Of a stretch of 64,000 nucleotides of DNA, positions 47,840-56,927 are shown piece after piece; within the stretch, counting starts at the first letter, position 1; each line of letters begins with the position of its first letter. Origin of the DNA: Escherichia phage TH09; sequence record MT446387.1; one strand, 5' to 3'. A program made the position numbers and the translations under genes. The notes beneath the pieces were generated by a model. It saw nothing but the letters and a program-made list of their open reading frames with translations. It was not told the DNA's origin and did not search any database.

Positions 47840-47865
47840 AGCTTCTGAAGTATACGGAGGCTATC

Positions 47866-48489
47866 ATGATTATTAATCCTGCAGATGTTGAACAGTTATC
47901 TATAAAAGCTGAAAGCGTTGATTTTCAATATGATATGTATAAAAAGGTCTGTGAAAAATTTACTGATTTTGAGCAGTCTGTTCTTTGGCAATGTATGGAA
48001 GCAAAAAAGAATGAAGCTCTTCACAGACAGTTGAATAAAATCATTAAAAAGCATTTAACTAAATCGCCTTATCAATTATATCGTGGTATATCAAAATCGA
48101 CAAAAGAACTTATTAAAGATTTGCAAGTTGGAGAAGTGTTTTCAACGAACAGGGTAGATTCATTTACTACTAGTTTGCATACAGCGTGTTCTTTTTCTTA
48201 TGCTGAATATTTCACTGAAATAGTACTTCGCTTAAAAACTGATAAAGCTTTTAATTATTCTGACCATATCAGCGATATTATACTTTCTTCTCCTAATACT
48301 GAGTTTAAGTACACGTATGAAGATACTGATGGGTTAGATTCAGAAAGAACTGATAACTTAATGATGATTGTACATGAACAAGAATGGATGATTCCAATTG
48401 GAAAGTATAGAATAACTTCTATTTCAAAAGAAAAATTACACGATTCATTTGGAACATTTAAAGTTTATGATATTGAGGTAGTTGAATGA
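47866..48489 (+). CDS. modB: ADP-ribosyltransferase (ModB-like)
   Basis: 207 aa; ART R-S-E motifs YRG, STN/STS, EQEWMIP; size and position as T4 modB. Confidence 0.6.
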   Translation: MIINPADVEQLSIKAESVDFQYDMYKKVCEKFTDFEQSVLWQCMEAKKNEALHRQLNKIIKKHLTKSPYQLYRGISKSTKELIKDLQVGEVFSTNRVDSFTTSLHTACSFSYAEYFTEIVLRLKTDKAFNYSDHISDIILSSPNTEFKYTYEDTDGLDSERTDNLMMIVHEQEWMIPIGKYRITSISKEKLHDSFGTFKVYDIEVVE

Positions 48490-49088
48490 AATACTCAGTA
48501 ATGCAACTAAAAGATTTTAAAATAAAATCAATGGATGCATCGGTGCGTGCTTCTATTCGTGAAGAATTACTTTCTGAAGGGTTTAATTTATCTGAAATTG
48601 AACTTTTAATTCATTGTATTACTAATAAGCCAGATGACCATACTTGGTTAAATGAAATAATCAAATCTCGTTTGGTTCCAAACGATAAACCTCTTTGGAG
48701 AGGTGTTCCAGTCGAGACTAAGCAGGTGTTAAATCAAGGAATTGATATTATTACATTTGATAAAGTCGTATCAGCTTCATATGATAAAAATATAGCTCTA
48801 CATTTTGCTTCCGGTTTAGAGTATAACACACAGGTTATTTTTGAATTCAAAGCTCCTATGGTATTCAATTTCCAGGAGTATGCTATAAAAGCTCTACGCT
48901 GTAAAGAATACAATCCAAACTTTAAGTTTCCGGATAGCCATCGTTATCGTAATATGGAATTAGTTTCAGATGAACAAGAAGTAATGATACCAGCTGGAAG
49001 TGTATTTAAAATTGCAGATAGATATGAGTACAAAAAGTATTCAACATACACTATCTATACTCTTGATTTTGAAGGATTTAATCTATAA
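48486..49088 (+). CDS. modA: ADP-ribosyltransferase (ModA-like)
   Basis: 200 aa; motifs LWRG, SAS, EQEVMIP; paralog of upstream ORF. Confidence 0.6.
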   Translation: MKYSVMQLKDFKIKSMDASVRASIREELLSEGFNLSEIELLIHCITNKPDDHTWLNEIIKSRLVPNDKPLWRGVPVETKQVLNQGIDIITFDKVVSASYDKNIALHFASGLEYNTQVIFEFKAPMVFNFQEYAIKALRCKEYNPNFKFPDSHRYRNMELVSDEQEVMIPAGSVFKIADRYEYKKYSTYTIYTLDFEGFNL

Positions 49089-49145
49089 TGGAAGGACTTA
49101 GATTCATTATACCATGAAATTTTTAAAGCATTTTTACATAAAGTT

Positions 49146-49175
49146 GTTTACAAGTTAAAGTAAAAATGTTATAGT
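49146..49175 (+). promoter_or_regulatory. early promoter (GTTTACA-N17-TATAGT)
   Basis: aaagttgtttacaagttaaagtaaaaatgttatagt. Confidence 0.5.
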
Positions 49176-49211
49176 ATAAGTAGTTAACCGTCCGTAAGAT
49201 GTGAGAAAAAT

Positions 49212-49967
49212 ATGAAACTGCATAATATGTCTAATAATCAAATTCGTAAAATTAAACGTCGTTTAGAGCATACTCAGGCATCTGCAAAAAGACGTTCTAA
49301 AGATTTTAACTTAGACTTCAATTACATTAAGAACATTTTAGATCAAAAAGTTTGTGCTTACTCGGGAGAACCTTTTGATAATCGTATTGAAGGAGAGAAA
49401 TTATCATTAGAACGTTTTGATAATAACATTGGATACATTAAAGGGAATGTTATTGCAGTAAAGAAAAAGTATAATACATTTCGTTCTGATTATACTTTAG
49501 AAGAGTTGATTGAAAAACGGGATTTATTTGCTTTGCGAATTGGTCGTTCATCTGCGAAAAAAGTTCATAAACTAAATTTAGATGAAAAGAAATGGGCTAA
49601 AATCAAAAAGACTTATAATCAAATTAAAGCTATACAGAAAAAGCGTGAAAATCGAATTGAACACATTTCTCAGCTTTCTAAATCAAAACAGACCTCTGAC
49701 ATTAAGCTAAGGATTATAGCACTTAAAGCTCGTATTGATGGTTCTCGCATAGCAGAAGGCGCTGAAGTTGTTAAACTGAACGTTCTTCTTAAAGGCTCGG
49801 ATTGGAAAATTGTGAAAAAGTTGTCAGAAGCAGAAATGCAATATGATATGTGTGATAAAATTATTCAAGGTGTAGAGCGGTATCAAAACTTGTCTTTTAT
49901 TGATAAACTTAAACTGAAAAGAGGATACCCGCTAAATTGTTCAATTTTTAAACTTATCCGAGGATAA
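49212..49967 (+). CDS. srd: Srd-like protein (by position between modA and dda)
   Basis: 251 aa basic protein; assignment by synteny only. Confidence 0.4.
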   Translation: MKLHNMSNNQIRKIKRRLEHTQASAKRRSKDFNLDFNYIKNILDQKVCAYSGEPFDNRIEGEKLSLERFDNNIGYIKGNVIAVKKKYNTFRSDYTLEELIEKRDLFALRIGRSSAKKVHKLNLDEKKWAKIKKTYNQIKAIQKKRENRIEHISQLSKSKQTSDIKLRIIALKARIDGSRIAEGAEVVKLNVLLKGSDWKIVKKLSEAEMQYDMCDKIIQGVERYQNLSFIDKLKLKRGYPLNCSIFKLIRG

Positions 49968-49968
49968 T

Positions 49969-50280
49969 ATGGTTTATGTATATGCGATAGTTTACCGAGA
50001 CAAAGACGGATTTACGGCGCCAGTTCCACTTGATGAACATCGTCCTGCTGTGTTTTTTGAAAGAGAGATTGCTGATAGAGTTTTTACTACTCTCAAAGAC
50101 CAATATAAACTAGCTTTAGATATGGGAATTCCAAGACTAGTTGAGACTCCACGCAAGTTTTGGTTTAATAAAATAGAAGTTAAACATGTTAAGCCTGATG
50201 TAGATACACAAAGATTATATCAACGAATTCTAGATACTGGGCGTATTGTTAGTATTCCAATTGCAGGGACTTTCCGATGA
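49969..50280 (+). CDS. hypothetical protein (dda.1-like position)
   Basis: 103 aa. Confidence 0.4.
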   Translation: MVYVYAIVYRDKDGFTAPVPLDEHRPAVFFEREIADRVFTTLKDQYKLALDMGIPRLVETPRKFWFNKIEVKHVKPDVDTQRLYQRILDTGRIVSIPIAGTFR

Positions 50281-51596
50281 CATTTGATGATTTGACAGAA
50301 GGCCAGAAAAATGCCTTTAACATCGTTATGAGGGCTATTAAAGAAAAGAAACATCATGTAACTATTAATGGACCTGCTGGTACTGGTAAGACTACTCTTA
50401 CTAAGTTCATCATTGAAGCTTTAATATCAACAGGCGAAACTGGTATCATTTTGGTAGCTCCTACACATGCAGCTAAAAAGATTCTTTCAAAACTGTCGGG
50501 GAAAGAAGCGAGTACTATTCACAGTATTCTTAAAATTAACCCAGTTACGTATGAAGAAAACGTTCTTTTTGAACAGAAGGAAGTACCAGATTTAGCTAAA
50601 TGCAGGGTATTAATCTGCGACGAAGTGTCAATGTATGATAGAAAGCTATTTAAAATTCTGCTTTCAACTATTCCACCTTGGTGTACTATAATTGGAATAG
50701 GTGATAATAAGCAAATTAGACCTGTTGATCCAGGAGAAAATACTGCTTATATCAGTCCATTCTTTACACACAAAGATTTTTATCAGTGTGAACTTACTGA
50801 AGTTAAACGCAGTAATGCTCCTATTATTGATGTAGCTACTGACGTTCGTAACGGTAAGTGGATTTATGATAAAGTTGTTGACGGGCATGGAGTACGTGGA
50901 TTTACTGGTGATACCGCTTTACGCGATTTTATGGTAAATTATTTTTCAATCGTCAAATCTTTAGATGATTTGTTTGAAAATCGCGTAATGGCATTTACGA
51001 ATAAATCTGTTGACAAGTTAAATAGCATTATTCGTAAAAAGATTTTTGAAACTGATAAAGATTTTATTGTCGGTGAAATTATTGTAATGCAGGAACCATT
51101 AATTAAAACATATAAAATTGATGGAAAGCCTGTGTCAGAAATTATTTTTAATAATGGACAATTAGTTCGTATTATAGAAGCAGAGTATACATCAACCTTT
51201 GTTAAAGCTCGTGGTGTTCCTGGAGAATACTTAATTCGTCATTGGGATTTAACAGTAGAAACTTATGGCGATGATGAATATTATCGTGAAAAGATTAAAA
51301 TAATTTCATCTGATGAAGAGCTATATAAGTTTAACCTATTTTTAGGTAAAACGGCAGAAACTTATAAAAATTGGAACAAAGGCGGAAAAGCTCCGTGGAG
51401 TGATTTTTGGGATGCTAAATCACAGTTTAGTAAAGTGAAAGCACTTCCTGCATCAACATTCCATAAAGCTCAGGGTATGTCTGTAGACCGTGCTTTCATT
51501 TATACGCCTTGTATTCATTATGCAGATGCTGAATTGGCTCAACAACTTCTTTATGTTGGTGTTACCCGTGGTCGTTATGACGTATTTTATGTGTGA
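50277..51596 (+). CDS. dda: SF1 DNA helicase Dda
   Basis: 439 aa; Walker A GPAGTGKTT; matches T4 Dda N-terminus MTFDDLTEGQKNAFNIV. Confidence 0.9.
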   Translation: MTFDDLTEGQKNAFNIVMRAIKEKKHHVTINGPAGTGKTTLTKFIIEALISTGETGIILVAPTHAAKKILSKLSGKEASTIHSILKINPVTYEENVLFEQKEVPDLAKCRVLICDEVSMYDRKLFKILLSTIPPWCTIIGIGDNKQIRPVDPGENTAYISPFFTHKDFYQCELTEVKRSNAPIIDVATDVRNGKWIYDKVVDGHGVRGFTGDTALRDFMVNYFSIVKSLDDLFENRVMAFTNKSVDKLNSIIRKKIFETDKDFIVGEIIVMQEPLIKTYKIDGKPVSEIIFNNGQLVRIIEAEYTSTFVKARGVPGEYLIRHWDLTVETYGDDEYYREKIKIISSDEELYKFNLFLGKTAETYKNWNKGGKAPWSDFWDAKSQFSKVKALPASTFHKAQGMSVDRAFIYTPCIHYADAELAQQLLYVGVTRGRYDVFYV

Positions 51597-51602
51597 GGTT
51601 AT

Positions 51603-51863
51603 ATGATTAACATCAATTCAAAATATTTAAATCGTCTAATAGATGGTATAAGGAAGCATACTAATAAGCAAGATAATCTTAATGTTATGGTAACAGGAGC
51701 TGAGCTCCTTCATAAGCTTTATCTTATAAGTGATACTATATTAGCAATTAAACGAATTGAAAAACAATCATATCACAGTAATACAGATACGGTAATTACA
51801 CTAGATGAAAGTGTCTGTAAATTACTAATTAAATTTGAGGAAGCTATTCGTGGAAATAACTAA
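51603..51863 (+). CDS. hypothetical small protein, member 1 of tandem trio
   Basis: 86 aa. Confidence 0.4.
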   Translation: MININSKYLNRLIDGIRKHTNKQDNLNVMVTGAELLHKLYLISDTILAIKRIEKQSYHSNTDTVITLDESVCKLLIKFEEAIRGNN

Positions 51864-52095
51864 AGATCAGTTTTATCTTCTTCAGGATAAAGTTAGCGAA
51901 ATTTATGAAATTGCTCATGGTAAAAATCGTGAAACTGTAAAAATTGAATCTAGTAAGTTGATGCTTCAATTAGAAGAAATTGAACGAGATTTAATTGCGT
52001 TAGAATTCTTTTGTGGTGAAGTGAAAACTGTTACAATCAATGATTACGTTTTAGGCGAAATTAGCTATCTTTATGAGGCGATTATTAATGATTGA
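51850..52095 (+). CDS. hypothetical small protein, member 2 of tandem trio
   Basis: track ORF 51835..52095; GTG 51850 with gagg SD 9 nt upstream; ...LEEIERDLIALEFF...INDYVLGEISYLYEAI. Confidence 0.35.
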   Translation: MEITKDQFYLLQDKVSEIYEIAHGKNRETVKIESSKLMLQLEEIERDLIALEFFCGEVKTVTINDYVLGEISYLYEAIIND

Positions 52096-52330
52096 ATTAA
52101 GTTGGTACCAGTTTAAATCTCTTATGACAAATGTTAAAGCTGTCATTCAAGAAAATCCAGGACCTGATAATGTTACTATTCGCGAAAAAGCTTCAAAGAT
52201 AGTATACAGTCTTGAAGAGATACAAAAAGACATTGAATCTATGGCAAAATTTATTGATGAGCCTATTAATAAAGTTTATATTCAAGACTATACTGTAGGC
52301 CAAATTCGCGATTTAGCGAGGAAAGTTTAA
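52088..52330 (+). CDS. hypothetical small protein, member 3 of tandem trio
   Basis: track ORF 52073..52330; ATG 52088; ...LEEIQKDIESMAKF...IQDYTVGQIRDLARKV resembles member 2. Confidence 0.4.
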   Translation: MIELSWYQFKSLMTNVKAVIQENPGPDNVTIREKASKIVYSLEEIQKDIESMAKFIDEPINKVYIQDYTVGQIRDLARKV

Positions 52331-53013
52331 TGTTTGATTTTATTATAGATTTTGAAACAATGGGAAGTGGTGAAAAAGCAGCTGTTATTGATTTGGCTGT
52401 AATTGCTTTTGACCCTAATCCAGAAGTCGTTGAAACATTTGATGAATTAGTTTCACGTGGCATTAAAATCAAATTTGATTTAAAAAGCCAAAAAGGACAT
52501 CGTCTTTTTACTAAAAGCACTATCGAATGGTGGAAGAATCAATCCCCTGAAGCTCGAAAAAATATTGCACCATCAGATGAAGATGTAAGCACTATCGATG
52601 GTATTGTAAAATTTAATGATTACATCAATGCGCATAATATCGATCCTTGGAAATCTCAAGGCTGGTGCCGTGGAATGTCGTTTGATTTTCCAATTTTAGT
52701 CGATCTCATTCGTGATATTCAACGCCTTAATGGTGTATCTGAGAATGAGCTTGACACATTTAAGTTAGAACCGTGTAAATTCTGGAATCAGCGTGATATT
52801 CGTACCAGAATTGAAGCACTTCTACTTGTTCGTGATATGACCACATGTCCTCTTCCAAAGGGAACTTTAGATGGATTCGTTGCACATGATTCTATTCATG
52901 ACTGTGCGAAAGACATCCTGATGATGAAGTATGCTTTGCGATACGCTATGGGTCTTGAAGATGCTCCGTCAGAGGAAGAGTGCGATCCTCTGTCTCTTCC
53001 AACAAAACGATAA
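52330..53013 (+). CDS. dexA: exonuclease A DexA
   Basis: 227 aa; DEDD-type exonuclease motif FDFIIDFETMG; matches T4 DexA. Confidence 0.85.
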   Translation: MFDFIIDFETMGSGEKAAVIDLAVIAFDPNPEVVETFDELVSRGIKIKFDLKSQKGHRLFTKSTIEWWKNQSPEARKNIAPSDEDVSTIDGIVKFNDYINAHNIDPWKSQGWCRGMSFDFPILVDLIRDIQRLNGVSENELDTFKLEPCKFWNQRDIRTRIEALLLVRDMTTCPLPKGTLDGFVAHDSIHDCAKDILMMKYALRYAMGLEDAPSEEECDPLSLPTKR

Positions 53014-53019
53014 AAAGTT

Positions 53020-53049
53020 GTTTACTTCCTCGGTTAGTTGTGGTATTAT
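53020..53049 (+). promoter_or_regulatory. early promoter (GTTTACT-N17-TATTAT)
   Basis: aaaaagttgtttacttcctcggttagttgtggtattat. Confidence 0.55.
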
Positions 53050-53076
53050 AACACCATAGCTACTGAGGATAATAAA

Positions 53077-53589
53077 ATGAAAATTTATCGTGTTGAATCA
53101 TCGTTTAGCGCATTAAATGATGATAGTGGTATAGTCAAAATTAGGCAAGAGTTATGCGTTCAATCAACTCCTTATCGTGGATTTGATTCTATGAAAACTC
53201 GAACTTGGCTAAAATTTTGTGGTATTAATTCATCGTCATTTCATCATCATAGCGATAATTATGAAAGCCATGAAAGTATTCCTATTCCACACGATGATAA
53301 GTTATTAGTTGAAAATGCTAATGATGTTATTAAAACTAAATGGAATAAAGATTATTCACGAATTGAAAATTATATTCCATTGTGGTTTATTGCATTATAT
53401 CATTTTGCTTTCGCTAGTGAATATGATATGATGAGATGGTTCACTCGAGAAGAGCGTGAAGACTTAAAAGAACGTGGAATGTACATTGCGATTTATGAAG
53501 TGCCAGATGACCAAGTTATCATTGGCGGGCACCAAGTAATGTTCCGTAAATCCCATGCCGAATTAAAAGGCTTTATTACCTTAGATTAA
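53077..53589 (+). CDS. hypothetical protein (motB-like position)
   Basis: 170 aa from ATG 53077 after gaggataataaa SD. Confidence 0.35.
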   Translation: MKIYRVESSFSALNDDSGIVKIRQELCVQSTPYRGFDSMKTRTWLKFCGINSSSFHHHSDNYESHESIPIPHDDKLLVENANDVIKTKWNKDYSRIENYIPLWFIALYHFAFASEYDMMRWFTREEREDLKERGMYIAIYEVPDDQVIIGGHQVMFRKSHAELKGFITLD

Positions 53590-53599
53590 AGAGAAAATT

Positions 53600-54037
53600 A
53601 TGATTAAAAATAATGCTGTTTATCAATTGAAAAAATTTGATGAAATTAAGAATTTTTCGGTACTGTCTAATACAGCTCATAATAAGTTTTGTGAACTTCT
53701 TGGTTTAACTGGCGGATATCCTTTTACTGTTATTAGTGTTAATAGCGGAATTCTTATCGGTATGATGTATATTGAAATTAGAAACTATTATGGAATGGTA
53801 TCACCGCTTATTATTTATGAAAAAGATTTTAGTCTATTGACAGAAATTGAAAAACCTGAAGATCCAACTGATCTGCTGTGTAAGGCAGTTTATATTCGTC
53901 GTCCATTCGCGAATCCTGTGGGTGGATGGGTGACTGATCAGTGGATTGAAGATGGTGTTGAACTTCTGAACGTAGTTCATGCTGGAGAGTACTCTGTAGT
54001 TCCTCGCAGCGCAGTGATTAATGTTCGTGTAAGCTAG
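53600..54037 (+). CDS. hypothetical protein, paralog 1 of tandem trio
   Basis: 145 aa; C-terminal ...GGWVTDQWIEDGVELLNVVHAGEYSVVPRSAV. Confidence 0.45.
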   Translation: MIKNNAVYQLKKFDEIKNFSVLSNTAHNKFCELLGLTGGYPFTVISVNSGILIGMMYIEIRNYYGMVSPLIIYEKDFSLLTEIEKPEDPTDLLCKAVYIRRPFANPVGGWVTDQWIEDGVELLNVVHAGEYSVVPRSAVINVRVS

Positions 54038-54066
54038 TTTACAAACTCTTGGGACCAGAGTATAAT
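54037..54066 (+). promoter_or_regulatory. early promoter (GTTTACA-N17-TATAAT) inside inverted repeat
   Basis: gtttacaaactcttGGGACCagagtataatGGTCCtg. Confidence 0.5.
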
Positions 54067-54109
54067 GGTCCTGCGGAGTATAAATCTTAACAACAAAGAG
54101 AGAAAAATT

Positions 54110-54583
54110 ATGATTACTATCGGTGAAATTAAGCGTGTATCGTCTGCATCTCGTTCTAAAGCTGCAGGTCGTCTAGTTGAAGTGGTAGGACTTCGTACTA
54201 ATGGTACTGGTCGTGTTAAAGAAGTTAAAGTTCGAATCATTCCTAGTTCTGGAAAAACTGAAACTCAGTACGCTTACGTAAGTCCTAAATTTCTGGAAAC
54301 TCGTGTTAGCTCTCATTTTGCTTCTGTTGAAGAAGTTGAATCCACTGAGTCTAATACACAATTTAAATGGGCGTTGTGTAAAGGCGTTGAATTTGTAACT
54401 GATGAAGAATTCGATTATATTGATGATTTCGCTGGTCCAAGTAAAACTGATAGGATGTGTGGCTTCATCACAGACCAATGGGTTGAAGATGGTAAAAAGC
54501 TATACAATATTGTATTTTTAGGTGACTTCCGGGTTGTTGAAGAATCTGAAATCACTCGTTATGCTTCTCCTCGTAAAGCTTAA
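54110..54583 (+). CDS. hypothetical protein, paralog 2 of tandem trio
   Basis: track ORF 54065..54583; ATG 54110; SRSKAAGRLVEVVGL and CGFITDQWVEDGKKLYNIVFLGDFRVVEESEI. Confidence 0.45.
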   Translation: MITIGEIKRVSSASRSKAAGRLVEVVGLRTNGTGRVKEVKVRIIPSSGKTETQYAYVSPKFLETRVSSHFASVEEVESTESNTQFKWALCKGVEFVTDEEFDYIDDFAGPSKTDRMCGFITDQWVEDGKKLYNIVFLGDFRVVEESEITRYASPRKA

Positions 54584-54592
54584 GGAATTATT

Positions 54593-55012
54593 ATGAATAT
54601 TGTAAATCTCTCTACTGGTGATTACGTATATGTATCCGTTGCTTCTCGTTCTAAAGTTGCAGGAAAGCTGGTTGAAGTTCTTTCTGTAAGTGATCCAGTT
54701 TTTGGTCGTAACGAGGTTAAAGTTCGTGACGCTGATGGTAACATTGGTTATGTCTCAAGTCAGTTCATTGAGCCAGAAGAAAGCGCATTTAAATGGAAAC
54801 TTTGTTCTTCAGTTTTAGTTGTAAAAGACCATAAATTCACAATTGCGGCGGCAACAGATGGAACTCCATGGACAACGAATCAAGTCGCTGGTTTTATTTC
54901 GGACCGTTGGGTAGAAGATGGTGTCAAGCTCTACAATATTGTTTTTGCAGGCCAGTTCATGGTAGTTCCTGAATTCCAAATTAAAAAATGGTGCGAAGCA
55001 GCTTTAGCATAA
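54593..55012 (+). CDS. hypothetical protein, paralog 3 of tandem trio
   Basis: 139 aa; SRSKVAGKLVEVLSV and AGFISDRWVEDGVKLYNIVFAGQFMVVPEFQI. Confidence 0.45.
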   Translation: MNIVNLSTGDYVYVSVASRSKVAGKLVEVLSVSDPVFGRNEVKVRDADGNIGYVSSQFIEPEESAFKWKLCSSVLVVKDHKFTIAAATDGTPWTTNQVAGFISDRWVEDGVKLYNIVFAGQFMVVPEFQIKKWCEAALA

Positions 55013-55046
55013 ATTTGCATAAAGTTTAAAATTTTTTCATAAAACT

Positions 55047-55095
55047 ATATACATCAGTAGTTGATTATGGTACTATATCAATATCAACTACTGAT
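55047..55095 (+). promoter_or_regulatory. early promoter cassette with perfect 13-bp inverted repeat around -10
   Basis: ATCAGTAGTTGATtatggtactatatcaatATCAACTACTGAT then ttggagaataaaatg. Confidence 0.5.
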
Positions 55096-55119
55096 ACAGA
55101 AAATAACTTGGAGAATAAA

Positions 55120-55389
55120 ATGGAAAACTTAATTATCATCGAGCAATCTTTTAACGATTATGGTATGGCTTACGGTTATCGTGCGATAATGGAAGATTCT
55201 CGTGGATGTGTTATCGATATTGCTGAATGTAAAGATTTACTGCAGCTTTTGAAGATTGTTCGTAAAAATTGGGATTGTGAAAATATTAAAGTTCGAGTTG
55301 TTACAGAAGAAGAAACTGTTTTTCATGATGTAAAATTCGCTAAAGGTGCTGCTACTCTTCTGAAACGTATCGCTCCAATGTTTAATTAA
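55120..55389 (+). CDS. hypothetical small protein
   Basis: track ORF 55108..55389; ATG 55120 after ttggagaataaa SD. Confidence 0.4.
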   Translation: MENLIIIEQSFNDYGMAYGYRAIMEDSRGCVIDIAECKDLLQLLKIVRKNWDCENIKVRVVTEEETVFHDVKFAKGAATLLKRIAPMFN

Positions 55390-55402
55390 TGAGGAAATTG
55401 TA

Positions 55403-55618
55403 ATGAAACGTAAAATTGTTCAGAATTGCACTAATGACGAATTTGAAGATGTATTATTTGACCCAGATTTGGTAGTGGTTCAAAAGGAACACACCATCAA
55501 GTTTACTCACTTGACTTCGGTTTATGTGTATGAAAAGGTTGGTGATAAACAACCAATTTACGGTGTATTTCGTGAAATTACTGAAGATGGCACAACTTAC
55601 TGGAAGGAAATTTATTAA
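55403..55618 (+). CDS. hypothetical small protein
   Basis: 71 aa. Confidence 0.4.
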   Translation: MKRKIVQNCTNDEFEDVLFDPDLVVVQKEHTIKFTHLTSVYVYEKVGDKQPIYGVFREITEDGTTYWKEIY

Positions 55619-56043
55619 TGGCTATTAAATTTGAAGTTAATAAATGGTATCAATTTAAAAATAAACAAGCTCAAGAAGCTTTTATTAAAGACCATACTGA
55701 TAACGGAATTTATGCACGACGTTTAGGTATGCATCCTTTTAAAATTTTAGATGTTGACCATCTTGGTCGTCCTACTAAAATTATGTCATTTACTGGCACA
55801 ATTGGATATGCAACACATGGTGATATCCTTGACGAAAACTTTATCTGGCTCTCTACTAACGAAGCCGAGTTCTTTGATGAAGTGGAAAATCCATATCAGG
55901 CAGCTGAAGAGCAAGAGCAGGAAGAGCAAGAGCAAGAACAAATAGAAGATTTCACAGAATTCCCAGTCATGAAAGTTACTATTGAAAATAATGAACAGGC
56001 ATGGTCCTTGTATCAGATGCTGAAAGCTCATTTTAAGGAATAA
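55618..56043 (+). CDS. hypothetical protein with acidic EQ-repeat
   Basis: 141 aa; [12 protein letters not shown] tract. Confidence 0.4.
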   Translation: MAIKFEVNKWYQFKNKQAQEAFIKDHTDNGIYARRLGMHPFKILDVDHLGRPTKIMSFTGTIGYATHGDILDENFIWLSTNEAEFFDEVENPYQAAEEQEQEEQEQEQIEDFTEFPVMKVTIENNEQAWSLYQMLKAHFKE

Positions 56044-56045
56044 TT

Positions 56046-56222
56046 ATGCCAATGTATGATTATAAATGCCAATCCGAAGATTGCGGGCATGAATATGAAA
56101 AAATTAAAAAGATTTCTGAACGAGAAAATGATGTTTGCCCTAAATGTCATCGTTTGTCTACTCGTCGGCCTTCTGCTCCTAAGCATGTGAATGGTGGTTT
56201 TTACGATTTACTTAAAGGGTGA
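56046..56222 (+). CDS. zinc-ribbon small protein (FmdB-like)
   Basis: about 58 aa; MPMYDYKCQSEDCGHEYE...CPKCH. Confidence 0.45.
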   Translation: MPMYDYKCQSEDCGHEYEKIKKISERENDVCPKCHRLSTRRPSAPKHVNGGFYDLLKG

Positions 56223-56224
56223 TT

Positions 56225-56596
56225 ATGTTTAAAATCGGTAAGAAATATCGTATTCGCGAAGGCGAAGAAAAGAAATATCTAATGTCTGCTATTTATAGGA
56301 ATGGTTCTATTAATGCTGTAATATCTACAAGCGAATTTATCGTTGAAGATATGAAAGGTCATAATGTTACAATGATTAGTACAGCATCTGGAAATGATGG
56401 AAAAATTCTTCACAGCTTTCAGAGTAATGTTCTAATTTATGATGAAGAATTTGACTTCTTCGAAGAAGTTACAGAAGATTTTGATTTTGGATGCACCATC
56501 ACTATGAAATCTGGTGACCCTCTTTCTTTTACAGTTAAAGATGAAAGAAGTCGCTTGAGAATTATTAGTCTTCTTCAAGCCATTAAATTTGAGTGA
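56225..56596 (+). CDS. hypothetical protein
   Basis: track ORF 56219..56596; ATG 56225. Confidence 0.4.
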   Translation: MFKIGKKYRIREGEEKKYLMSAIYRNGSINAVISTSEFIVEDMKGHNVTMISTASGNDGKILHSFQSNVLIYDEEFDFFEEVTEDFDFGCTITMKSGDPLSFTVKDERSRLRIISLLQAIKFE

Positions 56597-56600
56597 AATT

Positions 56601-56861
56601 ATGAAATATGTTAATCGTTCTATCGCAGCATTAGTATTAGCAGTATCTTTAGTAGGATGTACTGATGCTGATAATGCAACCAAAATTTTGTCTTCAAGCG
56701 GTTTTACTAATATTGAAATCACTGGATATAATTGGTTCGGTTGCTCTGAAAATGATTTCCAACATACTGGATTTCGTGCTATTGGACCTACCGGGCAGAA
56801 AGTAGAAGGAACAGTATGTTCTGGTCTATTCTTCAAGGATTCGACTATCCGTTTTAAATAA
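56601..56861 (+). CDS. lipoprotein
   Basis: track ORF 56589..56861; ATG 56601; signal peptide with lipobox LVGC. Confidence 0.4.
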   Translation: MKYVNRSIAALVLAVSLVGCTDADNATKILSSSGFTNIEITGYNWFGCSENDFQHTGFRAIGPTGQKVEGTVCSGLFFKDSTIRFK

Positions 56862-56862
56862 A

Positions 56863-56878
56863 AGGCCTTCGGGCCTTT
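56863..56878 (+). terminator. terminator hairpin GGCC-UUCG-GGCC
   Basis: aggccttcgggcct then tt. Confidence 0.5.
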
Positions 56879-56903
56879 AGCTTTATGATTACCGGAGTAT
56901 AAT
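56877..56903 (+). promoter_or_regulatory. candidate middle promoter (AGCTTTA box variant + TATAAT)
   Basis: tttagctttatgattaccggagtataat upstream of gene 39. Confidence 0.35.
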
Positions 56904-56927
56904 ATTCCCGAAACCAAACGAGGATAA

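Noticed and set aside
49212-49967. ORF 49212..49967 as a homing endonuclease
   Set aside because: It is a basic 251-aa protein, but I could not identify a GIY-YIG or H-N-H catalytic motif; position matches srd, so it is kept as Srd-like with low confidence.
3266-55945. Alternative-frame + strand ORFs overlapping annotated genes (3266..3451, 8351..8545, 20564..20788, 27794..28057, 33939..34130, 35151..35336, 37660..37860, 46127..46339, 55751..55945)
   Set aside because: They are embedded in the reading frames of better-supported genes and have no independent start signals.
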